A stretch of DNA of 52,095 bases from Acidimicrobiaceae bacterium (GCA_003139355.1 PLIM01000087.1:6573-58667), one strand, 5' to 3'. Positions 1 to 10,459 are shown, numbered from the stretch's first letter. Made by a program: numbers and translations. Notes: generated from the sequence alone by a model not told the origin.

Positions 1-57
1 GCCGGAGCCATCGCGATGTTCGAGGTCGCACGGCAGCGGTCGGCAGGACCCGGGTAA
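1..57 (+). CDS. 3' end of a TrmH/RlmB-family (SPOUT) RNA methyltransferase, partial
   Basis: Frame 1 reads AGAIAMFEVARQRSAGPG*, matching the typical SpoU C-terminus (..AxxxxFEvxRQR). Truncated by the window edge. Confidence 0.6.
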   Translation, partial: AGAIAMFEVARQRSAGPG

Positions 58-128
58 CCGATCTCTGCCGGGCCGACTCAGCAGAGCCGCGGTGCTGCCG
101 TCAGGACGGGTCGTTCCCGCGGCGCCGC

Positions 129-1397
129 CTACCGGGACGACATCGGCACGTAGTCGCGGCGTGGGCTTCCGACGAAGAGCTGCCTCGGTCGCGCGATCTT
201 CGTATTGTGCTCGAGCATCTCGACCCAGTGCGCCAACCAGCCCGTGACGCGCGGAATCGCGAACAGCACCGGGAACATCTCGACCGGGAAGCCCATGGCC
301 TGGTAGATGAGACCGGAGTAGAAGTCGATGTTCGGGTAAAGCTTGCGAGAAATGAAGTACTCGTCGGCGAGCGCGACCTCCTCGAGCCCAAGCGCGATGT
401 CAAGGAGCGGGTTCTTGCCTGTGACCTCGAAGACCTTGTAGGCGATGTCCTGGATGATCTTTGCGCGGGGGTCGTAGTTCTTGTAGACGCGATGCCCAAA
501 TCCTTGCAGCCGGCCGTGGCCTTCTTTCACGGCGCGGATGAAGGCCGGAATGTTCTCGCGGGACCCGATCTCGGTGAGCATCCGGATGACAGCCTCGTTC
601 GCACCTCCGTGGAGGGGGCCATAGAGGGCGGCGCAAGCGGCGGCACAAGCCGAGTACGGATCGACGTGTGTCGAGCCGACCACCCGCATAGCGGCCGTCG
701 AGCAATTCTGCTCATGATCCGCATGCAAGATGAAGAGAGCGTCCATTGCCCGCACCAGCGTGGGGTCCGCATCAAAACGGGACTCCGCGGTCTTCAACAC
801 CATCGACAAGAAGTTGGACGGGAAGTCCAGTGAGTTGTCGGGATAGAAGAACGGCATGCCGACGCTGAAGCGGTGTGCCGCTGCGGCGAGAGTCGGCATC
901 TTCGCGATGAGTCGGATGATCTGCTTGTGGCGGGTCTCCGGATCGAAGATGTCCTTGGCGTCGGGATAGTAAGTGGAAAGTGCTGCGACGGCCGAGACGA
1001 GGATCCCCATCGGGTGCGAGTCGTAATGGAAGCCCTCGAGGAACCTCTTGCGCATGTTCTCGTGGATGAACGTGTGGTACGTGATCTCGCGGACCCACTG
1101 CTCGGCCTGTTCAGCGGTCGGTAGGTCGCCATGAAGCAAGAGATACGCGACCTCGAGGTAGGTCGACTGCTCTGCCAACTGCTCGATCGGATAGCCGCGA
1201 TACTCGAGGATTCCCTTGTCCCCGTCCACGAAAGTGATCGCACTTTCGGCTACTGCCGTGGTCATGAACGCGGGGTCGTAGAACCAGATGCCGGGCAGGA
1301 TCTTGCTCCACTGCTCTGCGGAGACTCCGCCGTCGACGATCGGGATCTCGATCGTCTGGCCGTTGCGGTTGTCCGTGATCGTCACGCTCTCTACCAC
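129..1397 (-). CDS. gltA: citrate synthase
   Basis: Motifs LHADHEQNCST, GPLHGGANE, GFGHRVYKNYDPRA, YPNIDFYSG; GGAGG RBS upstream of the GTG. Confidence 0.96.
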   Translation of the reverse strand: MVESVTITDNRNGQTIEIPIVDGGVSAEQWSKILPGIWFYDPAFMTTAVAESAITFVDGDKGILEYRGYPIEQLAEQSTYLEVAYLLLHGDLPTAEQAEQWVREITYHTFIHENMRKRFLEGFHYDSHPMGILVSAVAALSTYYPDAKDIFDPETRHKQIIRLIAKMPTLAAAAHRFSVGMPFFYPDNSLDFPSNFLSMVLKTAESRFDADPTLVRAMDALFILHADHEQNCSTAAMRVVGSTHVDPYSACAAACAALYGPLHGGANEAVIRMLTEIGSRENIPAFIRAVKEGHGRLQGFGHRVYKNYDPRAKIIQDIAYKVFEVTGKNPLLDIALGLEEVALADEYFISRKLYPNIDFYSGLIYQAMGFPVEMFPVLFAIPRVTGWLAHWVEMLEHNTKIARPRQLFVGSPRRDYVPMSSR

Positions 1398-1783
1398 GAC
1401 TTCAGACCTCCAGTTGGCTCTCTGCCAGGCTGACGTCGTTGGCGCCCGGTTTTGCGGTTGACGAACTGGCTCACGCCGTCGTCACATCCTATGACGGTGC
1501 CGGACAGAGCCGGTCCGCGGCAGACGGTGCCGATCCAAAGACGGCGCGCCAGGGGCCCGGCAGGGGTGCAGCCCGCCCTACCGGCCGCTTCCTGCGCTCG
1601 CTCGGCGGTAGCATGCCGGGCGCCCCTCGGGGGCGACGAGAGCCCGCAGGTGGCCCCAGATCTGATCTCCGTCAGAGGAGTCCGTGGATTGCAGCGCGAA
1701 CGCGAGAGCGGTGCAGAGCGTGATCGCCGCGGCGCCGACCAGGACAACCCTGCCGCGAACCACTGCCCCGTAGGTCGTCGGCG

Positions 1784-2449
1784 ATGACCGAGCGTTCCCC
1801 TCAGCGCCTCCGCGAGAACCCGGGGACCCCGCTCAGCTCCGGATTGGAGCGGGCACAGATGCAGGCGACGATCCTTGCCGAAATCGCATCATCGTCGCCG
1901 CGACCGCCTGTAGCGGTCGAGATCGGATGTGGCGACGGCATGGCCACAGCTGTCACAGCGACCCTCTGCGAACCGACGCCAGGAACGAACGTCACCATCA
2001 TCGGGCTCGACTGGTCGTGCGCTGCGCTCGATCTCGCGCGGCGACGCGGCGTTCCCATGGTGCGTGCCGTGATAGACGGCTCCGGCCTCCCTCTGGCTTC
2101 CGGCAGTGTGGATGTGGTCATCATGAGCGAGCTGATCGAGCACCTGGTGGATACCGATGTCGCGCTCACGGAAGCAGGACGAGTGCTCGTTCCCGGCGGG
2201 AGTTTGCTGTTGTCGACGCCAAATCTGGCGGCTTGGTGCAAGCGCGTGATCCTCGCGCTCGAGGTTCAGCCGCTCTTCACCGAAGTCGGCCTGCGTAGTA
2301 TCTACGGCCGGCCGGGTCGCGAGGTGGTCGGTCGTCTGCGCGTCTTCACCTGCCGCGCACTCGAGGAGCTGCTGGCTTCCGCCGGATTTGTCGAGCGCAC
2401 ACCCAGCCTCTCGTCGATTCTTCTCGCATCTGCAAGATGGCCGACGTGA
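1784..2449 (+). CDS. class I SAM-dependent methyltransferase, possibly degenerate
   Basis: VEIGCGDG SAM-binding motif I, SVDVVIMSELIEHL, VLVPGGSLLLSTPN. Confidence 0.75.
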   Translation: MTERSPQRLRENPGTPLSSGLERAQMQATILAEIASSSPRPPVAVEIGCGDGMATAVTATLCEPTPGTNVTIIGLDWSCAALDLARRRGVPMVRAVIDGSGLPLASGSVDVVIMSELIEHLVDTDVALTEAGRVLVPGGSLLLSTPNLAAWCKRVILALEVQPLFTEVGLRSIYGRPGREVVGRLRVFTCRALEELLASAGFVERTPSLSSILLASARWPT

Positions 2450-3348
2450 CTCTGGACAGCCACACCTCAGCAGGGATCGCAATCGCGGCGATGTCGGCGC
2501 TGTTCACAGGCTCCGGCACGGTCGTGGAGAAGGTCGCTCTCCAACGGCTGCCCGACATTCACGCGCGGCACTTGTGGGTGATGATCCGCACCTTGTGCGC
2601 TTCGCCGCAGTGGCTCTGGGGTTGCTGCTTGCTGCTGGGGGGTCTCGTGTGCCAGGGCCTGGCTTTGTCCCTGGCACCGATCTCGGTGGCTCAGCCGATC
2701 TTCGCTTCTGGGATCGTCCTTCTGCTCGTGCTCTCACATTTCGTGCTGCACGATCGTCTTCGGCGCGTGGAGTGGTTGGCCCTGGCGACCATCGTTGTCG
2801 CCTTGGTCTTGCTCGGTTTGTCGATCGACACGCGTGTGGATCACGCAGGTGGCCCTGCGAGCCTGCTGTACCTCTTGCTTGCCGCGATCCCAACCTCTGC
2901 GGTCGGTCTCGCCCTTTTTGTGGTAGCGGACCGGGCCCACCGGTCGCGGCGCCGGATCAGGCACTTGCGAGCCCCACTGTTCGGCGTGGCCGCAGGTCTC
3001 CTCTACGGCGTGGCCGGACTCGGCCTGAAGGCGGCGGCGACCTTCGTCCAACGCTGGGGGCTCATCGGCTCGATCCCTCACCTGGTGACTTCCCCTGACC
3101 TCTACCTGCTCGCCGTCGCCATGGCGACCGGCCTCGTGCTGTTCCAAACGGGTCTGCAACGTTGCTCGGCGTCGGTCGTGTCACCGGTGAACATAGTGAC
3201 TTCCACCTCTTACGTCATCGCCGTCGGGACCCTGCTGTTCAACGAGCACCTACCCACCTCCGCCGGTCCCTTGGGGCTGCGGATAGCGGGCTTCGCCGGC
3301 GTGGTGTTCGGCCTTGTCACCCTTGCGGTTGCGGGCGAGGTCGGCTAG
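2437..3348 (+). CDS. DMT/EamA-like integral membrane protein
   Basis: About 9 hydrophobic segments; ALSLAPISVAQP and LLFNEHLP DMT-type motifs; overlaps the methyltransferase stop. Confidence 0.75.
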   Translation: MADVTLDSHTSAGIAIAAMSALFTGSGTVVEKVALQRLPDIHARHLWVMIRTLCASPQWLWGCCLLLGGLVCQGLALSLAPISVAQPIFASGIVLLLVLSHFVLHDRLRRVEWLALATIVVALVLLGLSIDTRVDHAGGPASLLYLLLAAIPTSAVGLALFVVADRAHRSRRRIRHLRAPLFGVAAGLLYGVAGLGLKAAATFVQRWGLIGSIPHLVTSPDLYLLAVAMATGLVLFQTGLQRCSASVVSPVNIVTSTSYVIAVGTLLFNEHLPTSAGPLGLRIAGFAGVVFGLVTLAVAGEVG

Positions 3349-3407
3349 ATCGGCGTCACGGGCGCCGAACACTCGGGTCGAGAGGTCACATCAGACGGTG
3401 GAGTGGC

Positions 3408-3860
3408 TCAGCTCAGGTCCAGCCGGTAGACGTTCGTCTCTCGTTTCACGAAACCAGCCCTCTCGTACAAACGGTTCGCCGCCTCCCTCGACGGTCGCGA
3501 CGTCAAGTTGACGTGGCGGGCACCTAGGTCGCGGGCGAGCCGGACGGCTTCAAAGGCCAATGCAGCGCCGACACCATGACCCCGGGCCGACTCGTCTACG
3601 ACGACGTCTTCGATCACCGCGTGCAGCCCTGTCGGGATTCGGTAGGTGACGAGTGTGATCGTGCCGACGATCGCGTCGCCGCGCGAAGCCAGACGGGCGA
3701 CGAGCAGGGAGCTGCCCGGTGAGGCCACGATCTGCTCGAGGGCAGCGCGATCAGGCGGCACAGCGGTCGAGGACAGTTGCGGCACTAGGCGTGCAATGAC
3801 GTCGACGATCTCGTCGGTCGCCTCCGAGACGCGCTCGACGAGGATGCTATTGGCCTTCAT
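3408..3860 (-). CDS. GNAT family N-acetyltransferase
   Basis: IEDVVVDESARGHGVG acetyl-CoA motif, LTSRPSREAANRLYERAGF; TACACT box 7 nt before the ATG. Confidence 0.9.
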   Translation of the reverse strand: MKANSILVERVSEATDEIVDVIARLVPQLSSTAVPPDRAALEQIVASPGSSLLVARLASRGDAIVGTITLVTYRIPTGLHAVIEDVVVDESARGHGVGAALAFEAVRLARDLGARHVNLTSRPSREAANRLYERAGFVKRETNVYRLDLS

Positions 3861-4638
3861 GCGGGCGAGTGTATCGAGGGGCCTTCTCCTGCTCGAAGCT
3901 CAAGCTCGAGCCAGCCGGGATTGCCTCTGGGGCCTCTCGCCGCCAAATTGGCCGGCGGGGCCAGTCGAAGAGAACCTCGGCCGAGTCGCCTCGTATCGCG
4001 GCGAACGCGTGAGCGCTCCACACACCGGCATTGGCCAGCGGGGCAGGTAGCGAGTCCTCGCCGAACCACCCGACGTCGGCACACTCGAGCGGGTGGGCCC
4101 TCAGCGTGCCGCCCACGGTCCGAAGGTGGAACACGAGCGAGTAGAGCGGCACTTGTGTGAAGCCGAGCCGGAGTCCGTCGAGGACCATGACCAGGCGAAC
4201 AGGCTCGACGTCGATGCCCGTCTCCTCGAGAACTTCCTTCACTGCGACCTCGGCCGCCGAGTAGCCCACGTCGGCCCAGCCGGTCGGGTAGAGCCAGGCT
4301 CCCGAATCCGCCCGCTGCACGAGCAGGATCTGACCCTCGTCGTTGCCGACGATTGCCCCGATCGCAACCTTCGGTGTCACGTATCCAGCGGTGCCTTGGC
4401 GCACGTCCCCCATCCACTCGAGGACGAGGTCGTTCGCGGCGCTCGTTGCCACCGGTTGGCCGTCGCGTGCGAGCGCCGAGGCAGCGGCCGCGCGGATATC
4501 TCCGGCGACGCTCAGGATCTCCTCGTAGCGCTCCTGTTCGTAGAGGTTCTTGGTGAACGCGAGACCTGTCCTCGCAATGGCGGCAAGCGTTTCTCCCCAC
4601 CGAACAAGATCTCGCGTCGACGCCGGCACCTCACCCAC
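3847..4638 (-). CDS. NUDIX hydrolase with Nudix_N N-terminal domain
   Basis: LAAIARTGLAFT..YEQERY N-domain, GYVTPK, Nudix box GWADVGYSAAEVAVKEVLEETG. Start set at GTG 4638, 7 nt after a TAGGGT box (the computed ORF runs to 4734). Confidence 0.85.
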   Translation of the reverse strand: MGEVPASTRDLVRWGETLAAIARTGLAFTKNLYEQERYEEILSVAGDIRAAAASALARDGQPVATSAANDLVLEWMGDVRQGTAGYVTPKVAIGAIVGNDEGQILLVQRADSGAWLYPTGWADVGYSAAEVAVKEVLEETGIDVEPVRLVMVLDGLRLGFTQVPLYSLVFHLRTVGGTLRAHPLECADVGWFGEDSLPAPLANAGVWSAHAFAAIRGDSAEVLFDWPRRPIWRREAPEAIPAGSSLSFEQEKAPRYTRPHEGQ

Positions 4639-4698
4639 GCGTCCGACCCTAATGCTGGGCACCCGGGTCGGGCGCACCGCGACCTTCGGTGCGCGATC

Positions 4699-4914
4699 AT
4701 GGCCGACGTGAGCGTCAAGCAGGACTGCCGGCACTACGTCATGCAGACTGTGCGCCCAGGTGAGCGTACCGAGCGCTGCCGTCTCGGAGCTGCCGAGACA
4801 GTCCCCTTTGCGTGCCCGGACGCCTGCGTGTTCTACGAGGCCCGCCGGATCGCGACCAGCGGCTGGCAGGTTCGTGCCCGGGGCGGCGAAGACCCTCCGA
4901 CAACCAGGCGCTGA
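4699..4914 (+). CDS. small Cys-rich hypothetical protein (71 aa)
   Basis: MADVSVKQDCRHYVMQTVRPGERTERCRLGAAETVPFACPDACVFYE fills the gap between NUDIX and NIL; tail of ORF 4093..4914. Confidence 0.6.
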   Translation: MADVSVKQDCRHYVMQTVRPGERTERCRLGAAETVPFACPDACVFYEARRIATSGWQVRARGGEDPPTTRR

Positions 4915-4975
4915 ACGGAGGCCAGGGGGATCTGGCGTCGTTGGAGGCTGCGAAGCTGCCGTTGGCCTGGGCCGG

Positions 4976-5212
4976 TCAACTCTCCAGGACGTCTCCCAGG
5001 CGGACGACGCTGACGCCGATCTCCTCGAGCCACGCCACCGCGCCTTCGATCGCTGTCGGAGCGCCGTCGAGCTCGCAGATGATCCAGCCTTGGTGCGCTT
5101 CCACGTTCGCTCTGCGAATGTTCGGCTCGACGTCGAAGCGATGGACGAGCTGGGCCACCACCGGCTCGCGAACCAGCTCCTCAGGGAAAGTGAGCCGGAC
5201 CCGCGTGCTCAT
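4976..5212 (-). CDS. stand-alone NIL domain protein
   Basis: 78 aa: RVRLTFPEELVREPVV..FDVEPNIRRANV..GWIICELDG..AVAWLEEIGVSV, typical NIL pattern; ATGA overlap with larE. Confidence 0.8.
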   Translation of the reverse strand: MSTRVRLTFPEELVREPVVAQLVHRFDVEPNIRRANVEAHQGWIICELDGAPTAIEGAVAWLEEIGVSVVRLGDVLES

Positions 5213-6075
5213 CGGCGGACGCCGGCCGCGGCCGCGGCCGCAGAAGACAGGCTGCCCGAACGGAGCCCTTTGAGATCAAGGGTCACGTACCGGTACCCGG
5301 CGCCTCGGACCGCCGTGACGATCTCGTCACGGGTGTCGATCGCACGATCGAGGTCTGCCAGGGGGAGCTCGATTCGAGCGAGATCGCCGTGATGGCGGAC
5401 CCGCAGCGCATCGAAGCCGAGCCGCCGCAAGGATGATTCCGCCGCCGCCACTTGGCCGAGGACCCCCACACTGACCGGCGTGCCGTACGGCAGCCTCGAT
5501 GCCAGGCACGCGGTCGCGGGACGATCCCAGGTACGAAGCCCAAGCATCTGCGACACCTCACGGACCATCGCCTTGTCCAGCCCTGCCTGGACGAGAGGGA
5601 AGACTGCACCCCGCTCGGCGGCCGCCTTCTGCCCGGGGCGGTGGTCGCTGAGGTCGTCGAGGTTGACGCCCAGCACGACGGTCGCCTGCTCGGACTCGGC
5701 CAGAGGCACGAGTACGTCCATCAGCTCGCGTTTGCAGTGGTAGCAACGATCGAGATCATTGCGCACATAGGCAGGATCGTCGAGCTCCCGTGTGGTGACA
5801 GCGACCCAGCGCAAGCCCCACTCGCCTGCGATCCCGGCGCAGTGGGCTTGGTCCTCCGGTGCAAGAGAGGGAGAGACGGCGGTCGCGCAAAGCACTTGTC
5901 GCGCTCCTAGGAGCTTCGTCGCGACGGCCGCAACCAGGGCAGAGTCGACGCCGCCGGAGAAAGCGACGACGACACGGCCGAGGCGGGCCAGGACGGCTTG
6001 CAGGCGGACGAGCGCGTCCCCCGTCAGCTCTGCGGGATTGCCCCCGGTCACCGGCTCAGCGTATGCCGACGCCAC
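5209..6075 (-). CDS. larE: LarE-family ATP-dependent sulfur transferase (PP-loop)
   Basis: VAFSGGVDS PP-loop, RCYHCK, DDLSDHRPG, ACLASRLPYG, RVRHHGDLARIE, YVTLDLKGLRSGSL. Confidence 0.9.
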   Translation of the reverse strand: MASAYAEPVTGGNPAELTGDALVRLQAVLARLGRVVVAFSGGVDSALVAAVATKLLGARQVLCATAVSPSLAPEDQAHCAGIAGEWGLRWVAVTTRELDDPAYVRNDLDRCYHCKRELMDVLVPLAESEQATVVLGVNLDDLSDHRPGQKAAAERGAVFPLVQAGLDKAMVREVSQMLGLRTWDRPATACLASRLPYGTPVSVGVLGQVAAAESSLRRLGFDALRVRHHGDLARIELPLADLDRAIDTRDEIVTAVRGAGYRYVTLDLKGLRSGSLSSAAAAAAGVRR

Positions 6076-6748
6076 TTAGAACCTCCGCAGCCCCTCCGAC
6101 CATCCCGGTGTAGAAGGGGCCAAACTCCGCGTAACGTGTCGAGGCCTCATCAAAGCGCATCGAGTACACGCAATCCTTCAAGTCGTCGGGGTGAATACCG
6201 AACAGGGTGACTCCCCACTCCCAGTCGTCCAGTCCCGTCGAGCCGGTCACGAGCTGAAGCACCCGGCCACGAAAGTTGCGACCTGCGGTCCCGTGTCCTC
6301 TCATGAGATCCATCCGGTCGTCGAAGCTCAGTGCGTACCAGTTCTCGGCACCGGGGGCGCGGCGCTTGGACATCGGATAGAAGCACATGGCCGCCATGCC
6401 CTCTGGTGGAAGCGTCGGGTACAGCCGAGCCTGTCTCATGTCTTCAGGCACGCCGACGGCGTACTCGGACACCTCGGTCAGCGAGACGTAGGAATCGACG
6501 ACGTCAAGGCCGCCGGTCTGCAGCTCGGTCTGCAAGCGCCGGAGCCGCCTCAGGTCCGGGCCGAGCGCGAGAACGCAAACGTCGGCCTTGTGCCCCAGCA
6601 TGGCCGCGGTCACGACCTGGCAGTCGTGCTTGCGTGCGGCGTCGATCGCATCGAGAAGTGACCGCGCCTTCGCCTCGGGTCGCGGCTTGCAGAACAAATG
6701 CAGCACGCCCCAGCCGGTGTTCGGGCTTACCGGTGCGTCTTCAGGCAC
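6056..6748 (-). CDS. hemQ: coproheme decarboxylase / chlorite dismutase family protein
   Basis: CFYPMSKRR, NWYAL, LMRGHG (proximal His), TGSTGLDDWEWGVTLF, MRFDEASTRYAEFGPFY. Confidence 0.85.
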   Translation of the reverse strand: MPEDAPVSPNTGWGVLHLFCKPRPEAKARSLLDAIDAARKHDCQVVTAAMLGHKADVCVLALGPDLRRLRRLQTELQTGGLDVVDSYVSLTEVSEYAVGVPEDMRQARLYPTLPPEGMAAMCFYPMSKRRAPGAENWYALSFDDRMDLMRGHGTAGRNFRGRVLQLVTGSTGLDDWEWGVTLFGIHPDDLKDCVYSMRFDEASTRYAEFGPFYTGMVGGAAEVLSGVGIR

Positions 6749-6915
6749 GAGGGGCTCCGGCAGTCACGGCTTGGAGTCTACGGACAGCTTGAGGAGCCGG
6801 CGCGAAGGCGGCGCGTCACCGGGTCCTCGGGCGCCGTCCACGAGGCGCCAGGCCGGGGCCAGGCCGGCCCGGCTGTGGCAGCCCTTCCGGGTGTCGGCGA
6901 ACGTGTTCCGAACGC

Positions 6916-6949
6916 GCCACCAGGGACGCCTTGCGGCGTCCCTGGTGGC
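6916..6949 (-). terminator. hairpin downstream of groEL, probable intrinsic terminator
   Basis: Perfect 15-bp stem GCCACCAGGGACGCC/GGCGTCCCTGGTGGC, 4-nt loop (GCAA on the minus strand), 31 nt after the groEL stop; weak U-tract. Confidence 0.75.
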
Positions 6950-6980
6950 CCTTGGGTTCATTGACCCCTTGGTGTCGGGA

Positions 6981-8670
<1,690 letters not shown>

Positions 8671-8821
8671 TAGCAAACCACGCCAGGCGCTCTCGCGCAA
8701 CTGCGCCCCAAGATCCCCTGGTCAAAGCCCTGACTACCGAGGCGGGCGCGTGGCCTTGGGGTTGTCCCCCGGGGGGCCTTGGTCTGCCGCGGACCGCGCC
8801 GCCACCGTCGATGCCCCGGCC

Positions 8822-9097
8822 TCAGCCGCCTGCAACCGCCGGGATAATTGACAGTGTGGTGCCGGCCGGAAGGCCGGTGTCGAGTCCTTGGAGGAAGCGA
8901 ACGTCCTCGTCCGCGACGAACAGGTTCACGAAACGCCGCAACGTGCCCTGCTCGTCCAGCAGACGCGCCTTCATTCCCGGATGGTCGCGTTCGAGCATGT
9001 CTATCGCCTCGCGCACAGTCACGGCTTCGACCTCGACTTCACCTGCACCTCCGGTCAACGGCCGGAGCTGGGTCGGGACGCGAACGGTGACGCTCAT
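8822..9097 (-). CDS. MoaD/ThiS/CysO-family sulfur carrier protein
   Basis: 91 aa ubiquitin-like pattern LRRFVNLFV..EDVRF, C-terminal IIPAVAGG; ATGA overlap with the upstream gene. Confidence 0.92.
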   Translation of the reverse strand: MSVTVRVPTQLRPLTGGAGEVEVEAVTVREAIDMLERDHPGMKARLLDEQGTLRRFVNLFVADEDVRFLQGLDTGLPAGTTLSIIPAVAGG

Positions 9098-10350
9098 CGC
9101 TTCGCCGCCCTCAGGTATCCGTCACGGTCGATCAGCTCGGCGACGGCTTCGAGAGTCGGCGGAATGGTCGCCGACGGCCCGACTGCACCGGCGAGTGCCT
9201 CGACGGTTTTGAGACCGGTGCCCGTGACGTAGACGACGACACGTTCATCGGGCCGGACGATACCCGCGTCAGCCAGCTTGGCAAGCGTCGCCACGGTCAC
9301 GCCTCCCGCGGTCTCGGCGAAGATCCCTTCGGTGCGGGCCAGCAAACGGATTCCCTCGATGATCTCCTCGTCGGTGACCGCCGCGATCGCACCTCCGCTG
9401 CGGCGAACCGCGTCGAGGGCGTACCAGCCGTCCGCCGGATTGCCTATCGCAAGCGACTTCGCGATCGTCGCGGGCTTGACCGGCCGCACGTGGTCGGCTC
9501 CATCGGCGAATGCAGTCGCCACGGGCGAGCAACCCTGTGCCTGCGCGCCGGAGATCCTGACCTCGCTTTCGCCGTGGACGAGGCCGAGCTCGGAAAGCTC
9601 GCGAAACCCCTTGTCGATCTTGGTGAGCTGGCTTCCGGACGCAATTGGGACCACGACGTGGTCGGGGAGCTGCCAGCCGAGCTGCTCGGCGACCTCGAAG
9701 GCCAGCGTCTTCGAGCCTTCGGCGTAGTAGGGCCGAATGTTGACGTTGACGAAGGCCCACTCGGTGAATTCGCTTGCCAGCTCCGCGCAAAGGCGGTTCA
9801 CGTCGTCGTAGCTGCCTTCGACCGCGACGAGGTGTCCGCCGAAGACTGCGGTCGTGATGAGTTTCACGGCCTCGAGATCGTGAGGCACGAACACGAACGA
9901 TTCCATGCCGGCCCGAGCGGCGTGGGCGGCGAGCGAATTCGCGAGATTGCCGGTCGAGGCGCACGCGGCGACCTTGAACCCGAGCTCACGGGCCTTGGTG
10001 AGAGCTACTGCGACAACTCGGTCCTTGAACGAGCCTGTCGGGTTGCGGGTGTCGTCCTTCACCCAGACCTCACCGAGCCCGAGCTCGGCGGCGAGACGGT
10101 CGGCCAGGATCAGTGGCGTGAACCCGGACCCGAGGTCGACCGGCGATTCGGCCGAGACCGGAAGAAGGTCCGCGTACCGCCACATGTTGGGCGGCCCGGC
10201 CGCGATGCGTTCGCGGGTAACTGTTCTCCGCAGCGCATCGTGGTCGTACGCGACCTCGAGCGGCCCGAAACAGAACTCGCACACATGGAGCGCCTCAGCC
10301 GCGTACCTGCGTGCGCACTCCCGACAGCGAAGCCCGACGACATGACCCAC
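9094..10350 (-). CDS. threonine synthase-like PLP enzyme, probable O-phosphohomoserine sulfhydrylase
   Basis: N-terminal CxxC..CxxC Zn ribbon, [12 protein letters not shown] lysine, CASTGN, EGSKT, EGIFAETAGG; SAM riboswitch upstream, sulfur carrier downstream. Confidence 0.85.
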   Translation of the reverse strand: MGHVVGLRCRECARRYAAEALHVCEFCFGPLEVAYDHDALRRTVTRERIAAGPPNMWRYADLLPVSAESPVDLGSGFTPLILADRLAAELGLGEVWVKDDTRNPTGSFKDRVVAVALTKARELGFKVAACASTGNLANSLAAHAARAGMESFVFVPHDLEAVKLITTAVFGGHLVAVEGSYDDVNRLCAELASEFTEWAFVNVNIRPYYAEGSKTLAFEVAEQLGWQLPDHVVVPIASGSQLTKIDKGFRELSELGLVHGESEVRISGAQAQGCSPVATAFADGADHVRPVKPATIAKSLAIGNPADGWYALDAVRRSGGAIAAVTDEEIIEGIRLLARTEGIFAETAGGVTVATLAKLADAGIVRPDERVVVYVTGTGLKTVEALAGAVGPSATIPPTLEAVAELIDRDGYLRAAKR

Positions 10351-10358
10351 AGGACCCT

Positions 10359-10459
10359 CCTCATCGTTCGGGCATTGGCACCTGGCACTGCCCAGGAGGC
10401 TCGTGCTGGTTGTCGCGGCTTTCGTCGGGCCCGATCCCTCGGCCGCTCTTGATGATGGG
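10359..10459 (-). ncRNA. SAM-I (S-box) riboswitch
   Basis: Minus strand reads ATCAAGAG-cggcc-GAGGGA-tcgg-GCCCGACGAAAGCCGCGACAACC..GGTGCCAATGCC..GATGAG, the SAM-I core, ending at the RBS. Confidence 0.9.

Noticed and set aside
6741-6780. TAGACT box followed by an 8-codon leaderless ORF overlapping the hemQ start
   Set aside because: hemQ has its own GGAG RBS, and such a short ORF can arise by chance; not supportable without ribosome profiling.
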